Assembly: GCA_051294375.1 (NCBI GenBank)
Contig: CM119271.1
Span: 3,806,610 to 3,870,609 of the forward strand
Origin: Paraspadella gotoi
Taxonomy: Eukaryota; Animalia; Chaetognatha
DNA: 64,000 nucleotides
Direction: 5' to 3'
Positions 1-12,669 of this stretch are shown piece by piece (the stretch's first letter is position 1; each line of letters begins with the position of its first letter). Under the pieces are notes generated by a model, which had not been told where the DNA came from, searched no databases, and saw only the letters and a list, made by a program, of their open reading frames with translations. The position numbers and the translations under genes are program-made.

Positions 1-16
1 TGGCGGTAGAGCCCAT
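1..16 (-). CDS. H1: 5' end (ATG, MGSTA) of a histone H1 gene copy that continues beyond the left edge of the window
   Basis: Same sequence as the start-codon region of the H1 copies at 12264, 20857 and 30316, with the same upstream promoter. Confidence 0.7.
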
Positions 17-1026
17 GATTATAATACGAGAGCGTGGACTTTTGTGTGTTGAACTTAGCAGTATGTTTACCCCAGTTTCGGACGAGATTTTATAGCTCGA
101 TCCTCGTCGGATCGAACCTTAACGAGAGCGCTTCATGTTTTGACCATAAAGGGAGATAAAAATTGACTGAGTTTGTGTTTGTTTGACGACTTTATTTATT
201 ATAATTTATATTATTATTAAAGTTAAGCTAAATAAAAATTCTGTGACTTTCACCATCAAAATATATTTTTCGTGCTGTGACGAATTAAACGAGAAAAACT
301 TCTTTGATTAATTTTAAAAAGTAAATAATAAAATAATAATTTTTTGAAACTCCTAATACCATCGCAGGAGTATCAAGCCACAAAAGCAAATCGGATCGGA
401 GACTCGGGCGATCTCCGCGAATCCTGATTGGTCAAGTATGGAACCGGAATCGACCAATCAGCTTGCAGGATCATCGGAACTGTAAATTTTACCCACGTCG
501 CCGATCCTCTCCCTCAGCTATAAATAGACCAAGTGTGGCGAATCATAAATTCGCCTCCCTTAAAGCTTGATGAAACTCAGCTCGCCTCAGGATACAACTG
601 AATATGTTACATTGCAAATCACTTTAAATGTATGCATCCTTAATGTTATTACTAATTTTTTTATTATCTGTTAATTTTTTTTATTTATCAATAAATTAAT
701 CTTCTTTAATAATTTTATTGGTTCTGGGTCTGGTAGTAGCCAAGTAGTTTACATACTTAATGCTGATACTCATATTTCATGCCATCTGGGAAAAGTATTT
801 TTGGGCTTAAAATATAGTAATAACAAATTGAAAATATAGTTAATAACGAAATTAAAACAATAAAAGAAAATATATTGTTTTATTTATCTTTAAGAATAAA
901 TATAACCAAAATATTTTGATTCAGAAATTGCCTATCTTAATTAAGAAAAATCATTTCTTTACCAAGGCAATTTCAATAACACTTTGCTAGGTTAATCAGG
1001 CAAAATATTACCTAAGTTTACCCCTT

Positions 1027-1290
1027 AGTCCCATTGGCTTGGACAACTAAGTACTCGTTCACCAACCGTAAGTTACGGGTTCAATTCCCTCATGGTCACG
1101 CTGGTTAAAGTGTGATGGTGTCGGCATAAACACGCCAGTGACATGGAGTGGTCATTGGCGGTCCAAAGCCCTGAGCGCCAGCTGTCGGGAGATACCATTN
1201 NNNNNNNNNNNNNNNNNNNNNNNNCACCCCAGGATCCCACCATTGCCATACTGGCTTGTTTTTTAGAGTAGCATTGAACAAGACTCCTGC
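1027..1290 (+). mobile_element. tRNA-derived SINE-like element (also at about 13270-13510, 21860-22110 and 31320-31570)
   Basis: GC-richer island in AT-rich DNA with A-box-like TGGCTTGGAC and B-box-like GGGTTCAATTCCC at tRNA-like spacing; no complete cloverleaf seen. Confidence 0.4.
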
Positions 1291-1857
1291 GTGTGTCTTA
1301 CCGTCACCTTTATTTTCAGAATAAGATTTTTTTTTCTTAAGTGATACAAAATAAAATTTAGCAAAATTTTAAAACTAATTACGCCGTATTATCTATCTTT
1401 TCTGGTTTTTAATAGAACTAATTAAGAAAGAGAAATGAGATGTGAAATCAAACTTCGCTAAAAACCGCAACAATAGTCAAGGCGAAAAGTAAGCGATAAA
1501 TTCCGTTAACCAGAAGCCACAAATTTTTCAACGGAAAAAAAAAATTAATAAAGTTTCCCGACACCAAAGTCCCAAGAAAATCTCGAGTCGCTCAGATGCC
1601 AAATTTCACTTTTCGGTTGGAAATTTAAAAAAAAAATAATTCCCGCGACCGAGATTTTCCAGGCGGCGAGGATTGCGCATAAATGCAAATCCGACGCCTT
1701 ATTACTTCGGAGCTAAGATGATTGCATATTGCATATGCATAATGCATAATGTATAGAATGTTATTACTGTTATTCTAACACTATTATTTCATTGTTACTT
1801 CTAAAAATATATCATCACAGGATGTTTTGTTTTAGATGGCGCTAGCTAATTGGCTAA

Positions 1858-1919
<62 letters not shown>

Positions 1920-2759
1920 ACACACTCATTCTTATTCATTTGTGAGGCTTTTGTCCGCCACAGCTGATTGCTCACGCCGAAGATATTGAGTTACAATGTC
2001 GGTCAGCCACACTGAACAATGAACATCCCAATAGAATCTTCACTTGAAATTCTAAAACTACTTATAAAAATGGTCTTCTTTAAACTATCAAACAAACTAG
2101 CGATCATTCGCAAAGGAACCAACGTATAAATGTATAAGAAAGAAATAAGGAACGAAAAAAAAACGAACGAAGCAAAGAACGAACGACAAAAGAAAAATCA
2201 CGTGACTATAATCTGGTCAGTTCGAGTCGAACGTGTGACTCAGGATCGTTGCGGGCTTCGGCTTGTCCGGGACGAGAGGGCAAAGGGGAGGGGGCGTTAT
2301 TGAAAAGGGTTTGGGAAGAGGGAAAAGGGTAAAGGGACGAGGCCCCCCCCAAAAAAAGAGACAAGGTTAATGATGAAAGGTCGAGAGAAAATGACCCAGT
2401 GAGGTCAGGGTCAACGCGCGGAGAAGGTCACATGGACCCCGAGCGAGAGGGAGATCTTGACCTCTTGAGTTTGATTGCTTGAGTTATTTCTTGTTTCGTG
2501 ATTCGTATTATTTATTTCTTTTCATTATTAAATTCTTTATAAGTTTTTTCTTTACTTTTTTTAAATACGTTTTTATTTTGAAAAATGTTTCACTGTCTAA
2601 GATTTTAGAATAATTTATAATTATGATTTTTGTTTCCCTTATTTATTTTTCTGCAATTCATTTTTTCATTCTTTCATTATTCATTCATTCATTCATTCAT
2701 TCATTGTTCTTTCTTTCTTTTCTTTCTTTTTCTTTCTTCTTTTCTTTCTATCTTTCTTT

Positions 2760-2796
<37 letters not shown>

Positions 2797-2852
2797 TTCT
2801 TTCTTCTTTCTTTCTTTTTCTTCTTTCTTTCGTTCTCCCCTCCTCGACTCAC

Positions 2853-3257
2853 CCGACTCATTCCGCCAGCGATAAGAACAAAGACGAATGTCCGTAGAAA
2901 ATATTCACGTCTTTCGTCGCTGTGGTGGTCGTCGTCGTCGTGAATCGTCATTTTCACAGAGAGTCACGTGACTATCGTCTCTTTTTCGTCGTCATCATCG
3001 TCGTCGTCGCCTTTCCACTCGAGGACGCTGAGTCACAGAAGCCGCGTGATCGTCGTTTTGTTTGTGTTTTGTTGTTTTATTCGTTGTTGTCTTCCAGACG
3101 GACAAAGTCAAGGATGCAGCGGAGGCAGTGTCCCTTCGTTCGACGATGCGTTGGGGAAGAAGTCGCCGTCCGACGTCTCGATCGAGGGCTTGGGAGTTGC
3201 ATCTCTATAGGGCGGTTGGGGGGGGAGATGAAACATTGGTCAAAAAACTCAAAGAAT
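2853..3257 (-). CDS. Putative internal exon, Ser/Thr/Pro-rich and ending in a hydrophobic segment; present in each block copy with differing indels
   Basis: Bounded by CTGATTGCAG and GTGAGT; partial translations PPQPPYRDATPKPSIETSDGDFFPNASS, SSSGKATTTMMTTKK and REYFLRTFVFVLIAGGMS. No family recognised. Confidence 0.3.
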
Positions 3258-3604
3258 CTGCAATCAGAATTTTAACAGCAGAAAACAAATGAGCAGTCCG
3301 TCTCACCGTTGATTCAAGATATCGGAATGTTGAGTCGTTTTTTGTTCTTGTAATTTCACACTGATTTCATTTCAGACCGATATCATTTCAAAAAAAAGTC
3401 ATTCACACTAAAACTATTTATTATTGATGTCGTTTCATACATATCATAACATATCATATCATATCAAATATCTGTCCAAGGCAATGACGCGTAAGCATGC
3501 GCTCGTCAACGTTTGGTTCTGGCGCCGTCAAGGAAAATGATTATAAGTCAGATGCGCTGACGTCGGTTTCCGCTTTTTGTTTAGCCTCTTGGCTCGTTCA
3601 CTTC

Positions 3605-3640
<36 letters not shown>

Positions 3641-3767
3641 TGACCACGAAGATGAGGACAACAAGATGTGAACAATAAAAGGCACCAAAGCGGTAAACAA
3701 ACAGAAAAACAAGAAAGCAATGTACGAAGCGATAACTCAGTAACGGAAATTGGATCTGTCTCTCTCA

Positions 3768-3872
<105 letters not shown>

Positions 3873-4651
3873 GCATTCGGTTAGATTGAGTCGCTGTTAA
3901 AAAGCGATATCTGTGTCACGGCAACCTGAATCTTAACCCCTTGTGGAATTGATATATCGTTTTAAAATTTCAAAATTTCAGTCACGTCAAATTTTGGGGT
4001 TTTTTAAAAAATATTTTCTTCGAGTCAATTTTTTTTTCTCGTTTTGACGACGACGACGACGACGACGACGATAATAACGACGTCGACGACTCTGAGCGAT
4101 TAATCGTGGTGACAGTGGGACAAAAAAAACCCTTGCCTCATACTCGGAACACAATACTCGTTTTAGGATACAGAAGGTCAGAGGTTCAATACCCAAAGCT
4201 CGTATTTTTGGAAATCAACAAAGGAAAAGAAACTACAGAGAGAGAGAGAGGAGGGTAAACGTATATATTACAAGAAGGTTTTTTTCTTTGTTTGTAAGTA
4301 ACGATGTTTACTTAGACTGTCATCGTAACGCGCGTGAATACGACGAGAATGTTGACGATGACGACGATGACGATGACGACGATGACGACGACGACGATTC
4401 TCCGCAACCCGCGACTCAACGGTCTGACCCCCGACGTAATAAACGATCCCTTCTCGCTGACTCCGATATAAACACATTTTTTTTTATATTCCCTTCCTTA
4501 TTTTTTTGTTATTCCCTTTTTATTTCTTGTTATTTCCTTCTTCCTTTCTTTTTCCTTTTTTTTCTCGTTTTTCTTCCTCTCCGCTTAGCAAAGGAGCGCA
4601 CAAAAATCTGTTTGTCAGAGATAATATTGAAAAAGGTAGGAGAAGAAAAGG

Positions 4652-4699
<48 letters not shown>

Positions 4700-5659
4700 A
4701 AAAAAAACTATACAGTCGTATTCAATAGAGTGAAAGAACGACTGAGGTTCGCGAGAGTGAATGCGGTGATCGATGCCGAAATGATAGAGTATTTGCAGTA
4801 TTTCAGAATTTTTTTCCGGATCGCGTATCCTTTGAAGAATTATCTACTTGATGCTGTTATTTCATGGAGTGAAAGACTGCACTATTCTGAAATTTCTTTT
4901 TTTATTTTGCCAACTCACAGGATTTACAAAGTAGCTGTACAAATCAGGACGAAAATTAACTGAAATTTGATAACCATAAATCCATAAAACTTGCTAAACG
5001 CTTCTTCCTAATGAAACTGGACTTGGCTACTGACAAATTGAAAACATTAAATATAATAGGAGTCTACGTCGTTCTTAGAAATCGAGGAAGACTTTTTCAA
5101 TGGAGATTTTCGTTAAAATCTGACTACCAAATAATGTCAACGCACCTGGGAAAAATTCAGGTAAAAAATAGATGTAAAAACACTCGATTCCGATCCTGTT
5201 ACATCTGAAGGGCTCGCATTTTTTTTCTCTTGACAAATAACCATCATTTTGACATTGAACCATTCGATTCAAATGGACTGGTCCACTCGGGAAAATATTT
5301 TTGACGCAATTTTTTTTATATAAAATAAAGGGATTTCTCAACTTCAATACAATGTCAACGCATTTAAGGTATGTTGTCATTTTACAATAAACTTCGAATT
5401 CAGGAATCCGATAGCAATATGTCTGAAGGGCTCTCAAAATTTTTCTTTACATTCATTTGGTTATTTTAATATGATACGATCATGTTAAAGTGAATTAGTC
5501 CATTTTGGTGAAATTTTTATTTAGAGAGAGAGAGAGAGAGAGAATCATCAAGAGCATCAGCCGATGTTGTATTTATCCCCTCAGGATTTGCATCTAAATG
5601 TAAAAATATATAAAAGAAAAGAAAGAGAAAACTCTCGAGATTTAATGGAAAATCAATTA

Positions 5660-7195
5660 ATTCCAATTACCGCCGTAATTATCTATCTTTTCTGGTTTTT
5701 AATAGAACTAATTAAGCAAGAGAAAATGAGATGTGAAATCAAACTTCGCTAAAACCGCGAACAATAGTCAAGGCGAAAAGTAAGACGATAAATTCCGTTA
5801 ACCAGAAGCCACAAATTTTTCAACGGAAAAAAAAATTAATAAAGTTTCCCGACACCAAAGTCCCCAAGAAAATCTCGAGTCGCTCAGATGCAAAATTTCA
5901 CTTTTCGGTTGGAAATTTAAAAAAAAAAAAATTCCCGCGACCGAGATTTTCCAGGCGGCGAGGATTTGCGCATAAATGCAAATCCGACGCCGTTATTACT
6001 TTTGGAGCTAAGATGATTGCATATTGCATAATGCATAATGTAGNNNNNNNNNNNNNNNNNNNNNNNNNNNNNNNNNNNNNNNNNNNNNNNNNNNNNNNNN
6101 NNNNNNNNNNNNNNNNNNNNNNNNNNNNNNNNNNNNNNNNNNNNNNNNNNNNNNNNNNNNNNNNNNNNNNNNNNNNNNNNNNNNNNNNNNNNNNNNNNNN
6201 NNNNNNNNNNNNNNNNNNNNNNNNNNNNNNNNNNNNNNNNNNNNNNNNNNNNNNNNNNNNNNNNNNNNNNNNNNNNNNNNNNNNNNNNNNNNNNNNNNNN
6301 NNNNNNNNNNNNNNNNNNNNNNNNNNNNNNNNNNNNNNNNNNNNNNNNNNNNNNNNNNNNNNCAATGTCGGTCAGCCACACTGAACAATGAACATCCCAA
6401 TAGAATCTTAACTTGAAATTCTAAAAACTACTTTTGAAAAATGGTCTTCTTTAAACTATCAAACAAACTAGCGATCATTCGCAAAGGAACCAACGTATAA
6501 ATGTATAAGAAAGAAATAAGGAACGAAAAAAACCGAACGAAGCAAAGAACGAACGACAAAAGAAAAATCACGTGACTATAATCTGGTCAGTTCGAGTCGA
6601 ACGTGTGACTCGGGATCGTTGCGGGCTTCGGCTTGTCGGGGACGAGAGGGCAAGGGGGAGGGGGGCGTTATTGAAAAGGGGTTTGGGAAGAGGGGAAAAG
6701 GGTAAAGGGACGAGGGTCCCCCCCAAAAAAAAGAGACAAGGTTAATGATGAAAGGTCGAGAGAAAATGACCCAGTGAGGTCAGGGTCAACGCGCGGAGAA
6801 GGTCACATGGACCCCGAGCGAGAGGGAGATCTTGACCTCTTGAGTTTGATTGCTTGAGTTATTTCTTGTTTCGTTGATTCGTATTATTTATTTCTTTTCA
6901 TTATTAAATTTTTTAAAAGTTTTTTCTTACTTTTTTTTAAATACGTTTTTATTTTGAAAATTGTTTCACTGTCTAAGATTTTAGAATAATTTATAATTAT
7001 GATTTTTGTTTCCCTTTTTATTTTTCTGTATTTTTCCTTTATTTTCATTCTTCATTCATTCATTCATTCATTCATTTCATTTCATTCATCATTCATGTTC
7101 ATTTCAGTTCATTCATTTCATTTCATTCTTCATTTAATTCATTCCAGTTCATTTCATGTATTTCATTCTCTTCTTTTCTTTTTCTTTCTTTCTTT

Positions 7196-7235
<40 letters not shown>

Positions 7236-7422
7236 TTCTTTCTTTTCTTTCTTTCTTTCTTTCTTTCGTCCTCCCCTCCTCGACTCACCCGACTCATTCC
7301 GCCAGCGATAAGAACAAAGACGAATGTCCGTAGAAAATATTCACGTCTTCGTCGCTGTGGTGGTCGTCGTCGTCGTGAATCGTCATTTTCACAGAGATTC
7401 ACGTGACTATCGTCTCTTTCTT
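5660..7422. repeat. Additional partial copy of block positions ~1375-2985
   Basis: Direct sequence match on both sides of the 6044-6362 gap. Confidence 0.85.
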
Positions 7423-7447
7423 NNNNNNNNNNNNNNNNNNNNNNNNN

Positions 7448-7630
7448 AAAAGATTCGAAAATGGATTGAATTTGGTCTCGAGATGAATTCGAAACGGATT
7501 CAAAATGGATGCAAAGGGGACTGGGAAGAGATTCGAAATGGATCGAATCGGATTCGAAATGGATTCGAATCGGATTTGGTATGAAAAGGTGGGAAAGCGA
7601 ACTGATTTGAAACAGAATCGAATGGATTCA
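7448..7630. repeat. Degenerate (GGATTCGAAAT)-type tandem repeat at the start of each block copy
   Basis: Repeated GATTCGAAATG / GATTCGAATCG units. Confidence 0.7.
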
Positions 7631-9606
7631 GAAGATAGAAAGTAGGGAAGAAAATGGGCTCGATATGGAAAAGGTGAGGAAAGAGAAAGAAAAGGCGTCA
7701 GAGAGGAGTAATGCTGCAAGAGTTTTACGGTCAGAAAAAAGGACGTTGACCAGAAGAAGGTGAGAAGTGCATATGCGAGGGACGGGTCGGCTGTGCGATC
7801 GACCTTAGTGTCAGTGACTCTGATTCTTTTCAGATTATTATCCGACATTTCGCGGGGAAGAAAGTGGGGGAAAGGGGTAGGGAAGGGAAGAAGGAACGGA
7901 ATGTCGGGGCTCGCGAAACGGGTATAATCCAATTGGCGAAGATCGGCGAGAGAAAAAGTTTCGGTAGAAATTCGGCGAGAAAGAAAGAAAGTGTTGGCGA
8001 GAAAGAAGAAATCGAATTCGGCGGAAAGAGAAAGAAAGTCGTTGGCGAAAAAGAAAGAAATTGAAAGTCAGTTTCGGCGAGGAAAGAGAGAAAAAATTTC
8101 GGCGAAGTCGGTAGAGCGGAAAAAAATTGGCGGGGGTGGAGTTCAGAGAGAAAGCGGTCAGATAAAGGTTAAATAAGGATGTCAGAGAGCGGTCAGAGAG
8201 GAAAGAGGGAAATGGGTGAGTTGTTATTGTGATGGTTAGAGAGAAAGAGGAAATAGGTGAGATCTATTTGGTTAAGTCCCGGTTAGCAGCTCAGGGGTGA
8301 GAGGAAATCTTAGTGGATTTCTTAGGGGATTTCTTAGTGGTAGTGTAAGAGCAGCACATTGGGCGTCACTCTATCTGGGATGGGGGTAATCTGGGTCTAA
8401 CTAACGAAGGCAAAAAGAAGAAGGCAAAAATGTGGGAAAATGTGTATGTACTACTAAAAAGGCAAAAAAAAGGTCTACAAAAAACGAGAGGGAAATCGAA
8501 AGGGGCGGAGAGGAGAAAAGTAAGAGAAGAAGGTAAAAACGAGAAGTGAAAACTGGGTGAGCCTCGAGCCCTGGTGCTAGGAGGAGGAAGAGAGGGTGAT
8601 GCGTGGATGACGAGACCACGAGACTCGCGCTCGGGCTGGTTTGGTCGTTGATTTTATTTCCTTTTTTTTATTTCTCTTCAATAATTTGTTAGAAGATCAC
8701 TTTAGTTGTTTATAGATAAATAAACAAATACAATATTTACGACTTTTTAACAGGTTAAACACGCGATAAAACGACAGGTGATTGTGTACAGTTTATTGCG
8801 TTCGGCAACAAGACCGATCCCACGTTATGTCGCCAAGACAACAAAGGGACGGAATGAGGGAAAGGAAAGAAATATGATAAATAGGGAGAAAAATTAAAGA
8901 AAAAACTTGGACAGCAATGAAGTCAAGACGAAAAGGAAGAAGAAAAAAGAATAAAAGAAAGAGGAAAGAAAGAAAGAAGAACATAAAGACAGAAAGGGTC
9001 ACCAGAATCGAGCGTGAGTCGCGCCATCTTTTTATGCTTGATTTTTCTTTCATTTTTTTTTTTAGACTCGGCCCGCTTGGCATAACGACGCTCCAGAGTG
9101 TTTTCAATAGTCAAAACTGACGTTAACGGTAACGGGAGATAGATGTGACTGATTACCAGTTTCGCTTTCAATAATACAGACAAAGAGCGAGTTTAACTCC
9201 ATTGCCTGAAGCATAACCATTAGCCTTCCGAATAGCAGAGTTTAAGTAGAAAAGATTTTTCCTTTCGACTCTTCGGGAGATGAATTATTTCGAGAAGTTA
9301 TTCAGACAACAATGCTGCGGTTGCCGCGCCTTTGGAGCGCCGCGCCTTTTAAGTTTAATGGGATTTTTATTCATAGCATCAAAGGTAAATTCTATATCCA
9401 TTCCGAGTTATTTTTTCCCTGTTTTTTTTTTTTTTTTTTCAAAAGCACAAACTTTGTGAAGTTGCAATGGGAATTATTAACTCAAAAAAAGTATTGTCCG
9501 GCGCGAAAAATATCGAACATGATAGAACACTTCTTTTTTCGCTACGGATATCTATTTTTAAAAAAAAAAATCATTATTCGCTTTCTGTCACCCACTCTCT
9601 CCTCTC

Positions 9607-9686
<80 letters not shown>

Positions 9687-10761
9687 ACGATATCGACCAA
9701 TTCTCACCAGACTGTCACATTTGTCATCTCGATTCGGATGATGATCCCTATCACCATCGTGCTCGTCTGACGTCGAGGTGACCAAATTAGTATTACTTTT
9801 TGAAATCGATCACGCAAATCTTAGTCTTTTATCAGTCCTTTTTTCAATTCGTTGTGATCATTAACCGCGAGACACAATTACAGCGAATACTTCATCGTCG
9901 CGTTATCGTCGCCGTCATTGAAAACCGATTGAGATCAATCGACGTGATCGTCATCTCATCGTCATCCACCGACCTATCGTCTAAAAATAGTTTAATCTTC
10001 ATCCGCTCTCTTTCGCCGCCTTTCGTGCCTCCAACGCTGATTGGCGAGCGTTCAACGAAGTCCTCTCCCAGCCTTCGTGACTCGCTCTACCCTCAGACAA
10101 GATTTTCTCTCCATTCTCTCTTTTTATTCCCGGTTCCGTCTTTCTTCCCCGTCTTGCGTCACAACTGTTTTTCTCGTCTGTCTTTGTCTTTCTCTCTCTT
10201 CTCCCTAACATTTCCCCCAACGCGACTCGCTCTCACACGCTTAATCGCTCCCGATGCCACCTGAGCCTTGCACCTGCATCTCCCAATCCAGAGAGTCTTC
10301 TCTAATTTCGCTAGTATAGGTCAGGCCAACCTTGTAGCACTTATCACTTGTTTTTTTATCGATAACACTACGTAATATATGAACTCATGAACGTATATAT
10401 GAACCTTGAATATATGAACATTGAACAATATCTTCATCATTGTTTTCAATCAAGTACTTCATTTCAATTCCATTCATTTATTCGCTTCTCCGCTGATTTT
10501 CGGCCTTTCGCACAGAAATTGGTAAAACCAATGAAAAAAACTATTAGTAGTTTATTAGCCAATATTGCTTTCTGACAATGAAATACCACTCTTGGACATA
10601 AACTTTCGCGATGCATTTGAAATGGAAACAAACGTTTGTGATTTAATCAATAAAACTTTATTCCCGATTATGATATTTATAATTTAACATCTTTAATATT
10701 GATTTGTATAAATTTCTCATTTTATTCAGATCACGTGAAATTATAATTGATTTTTATAAAT

Positions 10762-10810
10762 GTTTAACCAGTGTCGTGGGTTCGAATCCCACCGCTGCCA
10801 TCACATTTAA
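10762..10810 (+). mobile_element. tRNA/SINE 3'-half fragment (also at about 19361-19410 and 28820-28870)
   Basis: GTGGGTTCGAATCCCAC is a perfect T-arm/B-box hairpin; there is no D or anticodon arm. Confidence 0.45.
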
Positions 10811-10879
10811 GTAAGTAGACAGAGATTTCAACATGAAACCAAAGTGGGATTTATTTAAAAATATGAGACAAGAGCAAGA

Positions 10880-11000
10880 TCAGTACAAAAATGGTCAGCT
10901 ATTATAGTGAACAATCGGATCACGACATGGGCTCGGTTTCCCGATGGCATGAAGCCCGTCTTCTCATTGGTTGATTCCCGACGATGATTCATCCAATTCT
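10880..11000 (-). promoter_or_regulatory. Second orphan histone-type promoter downstream of H1, facing left (copies at about 19480-19600 and 28940-29060)
   Basis: Minus strand: ATTGG 10997, CCAAT 10970, GATCC 10921, TATAATAG 10906; spacing matches the plus-strand module. Confidence 0.5.
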
Positions 11001-11220
11001 TTGGTTCTGATTCCATCTGAAATGCTATCATCAACAAATAGTGGCTTAAGGCCCTCCAACTCAACTTACAAGGTAATAAGTAGCAGAACTCGGAAAAATT
11101 TCAATCAAGCATCTCTAACAATCTAGTTTATTAACTCCCAAATTAATCATTCTAATCATTCTAATCACTCGCCGTCACCAATTCTTTTAAAACTTAAAGT
11201 TAAAAAAACTAAAAGTTAAA

Positions 11221-11416
11221 ATGAAATTGGTCAACCAATAAAAAAATATCCATCCATTTAATAAATAAGCTATCTTGTCCTCTTCGACTTTGTGGTTTAA
11301 GGCCTCATCACACTTGCAAGATAATAACATAGCAGGTTTCTGCAAGCTTTTAATCAAGCCTCTCTCACAGACTTGTTTATTCACTCAGTGAACCTGGCTT
11401 CCCTATCAATGAAGTG
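11221..11416 (-). mobile_element. Unidentified dispersed element fragment just downstream of H1 (also 19817-20026 and 29276-29485)
   Basis: Homologous to 47801-48021 (ACCTGGCTTCCCTATCAATGAAGTG, CTCTCTCACAGA) and, inverted, to 61566-61669. Confidence 0.65.
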
Positions 11417-11492
11417 TTTCAATGTATTAAAGACCACTCCTAGTTAGGGAATACTATATTACAAATATGACAATCTTTTGTGAAGGATGTTT

Positions 11493-11508
11493 GGCCCTGA
11501 TAAGGGCC
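11493..11508 (-). terminator. Replication-dependent histone mRNA 3' stem-loop with a purine-rich downstream (HDE-like) element
   Basis: Minus strand reads ACCCAAAC-GGCCCT-TATC-AGGGCC-AAACATCCTTCACAAAAGA: 6-bp stem, 4-nt loop, about 53 nt after the H1 stop. Confidence 0.9.
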
Positions 11509-11561
11509 GTTTGGGTGAGTATTCAGGTTCAAGAGACAGAGTCAGATTGACTCGGAATGCT

Positions 11562-12264
11562 TCACTTCTTCTTCTTGGCCACAGTCGATCTTCTTGGACG
11601 CCGTATGCTTGGCGTCCTTTTCGCCGCCGCTTATTGGCGGCCGATTGCTTCGACGCCGGTTTCTTGTAGGCGTAGCTTTTTTCGCCGGCATTTTTTTGGC
11701 GGCGACATTTTCGGCGTCTTCTTAGGGCTGAGGGGGCGTCTTTTTTCCCAGTTTTCTTTACCGGGGTTTTCTTTGCCGGCGTCTTCTTGGGCGCCGATTT
11801 TTGGCAGGCGTCTTTTTTGGCGCCTGCTGCTTGGCAGGGCTTTCTTAGACGCCGTCAGCTTGGCCGGCGTCTTTTTACGAGGAACCTCCTTGGGCGTTGG
11901 TTTGAGCAGCGTTCTTTTTAACTTCTTTCTCAGCGGCGGCGCCAGCTTTCTTGGCCGGCGCTTTCTTCGACGCCGGCGTCGCCTTCTTGGCCTTAAAGTG
12001 GCCAGGAATGGCCTTTGGCCGTAACGAAGGTGCCGCCTTCCACTCCGCGTTTCAAAGCGATGTTGATCTGAGTGTTGGTTGCCTTCGTGTCCTTAACGTT
12101 GTAGTTGAAAGGATGTATTCTTGATGGCCACCTTGGACGAGCCCTTCCTGTCGCCAAGGCCACGATCGCTTCGGCGATCATGCGGCCGAAAGGTGATGGG
12201 CCCAGATTTTTTTGGCGGCCTGAGCCTTCTCGGCTGGAATCGTTTTCTTGGCGGTAGAGCCCAT
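11562..12264 (-). CDS. H1: Linker histone H1 (about 230 aa, intronless), frameshifted in this assembly; possibly a pseudogene
   Basis: Merging frames gives MGSTAKKTIPAEKAQAAKK, a globular domain MIAEAIVALADRKGSSKVAIKKYIL.NYNVKDTKATNTQINIALKRGVEGGTFVTAKG..GHFK, and a K/A/P-rich tail with repeated KKTPAK ending ASKKSTVAKKKK-TGA. A histone stem-loop follows. Confidence 0.88.
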
Positions 12265-12299
12265 GATTATAATACGAGAGCGTGGACTTTTGTGTGTTG

Positions 12300-12440
12300 A
12301 ACTTAGCAGTATGTTTACCCCAGTTTCGGACGAGATTTTATAGCTCGATCCTCGTCGGATCGAACCTTAACGAGAGCGCTTCATGTTTTGACCAATAAAG
12401 GGAGATAAAAATTGACTGAGTTTTGTGTTTGTTTGACGAC
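12300..12440 (-). promoter_or_regulatory. Histone H1 promoter (also at about 50-190, 20890-21030 and 30350-30490)
   Basis: On the minus strand, in order: AAACAAACACAAA (H1-specific AAACACA box), inverted CCAAT, GATCC, then TATAAAA about 75 nt upstream of the ATG. Confidence 0.7.
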
Positions 12441-12669
12441 TTTATTTATTATAATTTATATCTATTATTAAGTTAAGCTAAATAAAAATTCTGTGACTTT
12501 CACCATCAAAATATATTTTTCGTGCTGTGACGAATTAAACGAGAAAAACTTCTTTTGATAATTTTAAAAAGTAAATAATAAAATAATAATTTTTTGAAAC
12601 TCCTAATACCATCGCAGGAGTATCAAGCCCACCAAAAGCAAATCGGATCGGAGACTCGGCCATCTCCGC

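Noticed and set aside
5898-6400. ORFs running through N gaps (also 36168-36734, 37479-38004 and 53987-54251)
   Set aside because: Open only because Ns hide stop codons.
10762-10810. tRNA gene
   Set aside because: Only a T-arm/B-box hairpin is present; no D arm, anticodon arm or acceptor stem.
10860-10900. snRNA/U7 gene behind the orphan promoter (CATTTTTGTA on the minus strand resembles an Sm site)
   Set aside because: Weak match, and no convincing 3' hairpin or complementarity to the histone downstream element was seen.
11562-12264. Programmed frameshifting or RNA editing in H1
   Set aside because: Indels are scattered through coding and non-coding DNA and many differ between copies; sequencing error or decay explains them.
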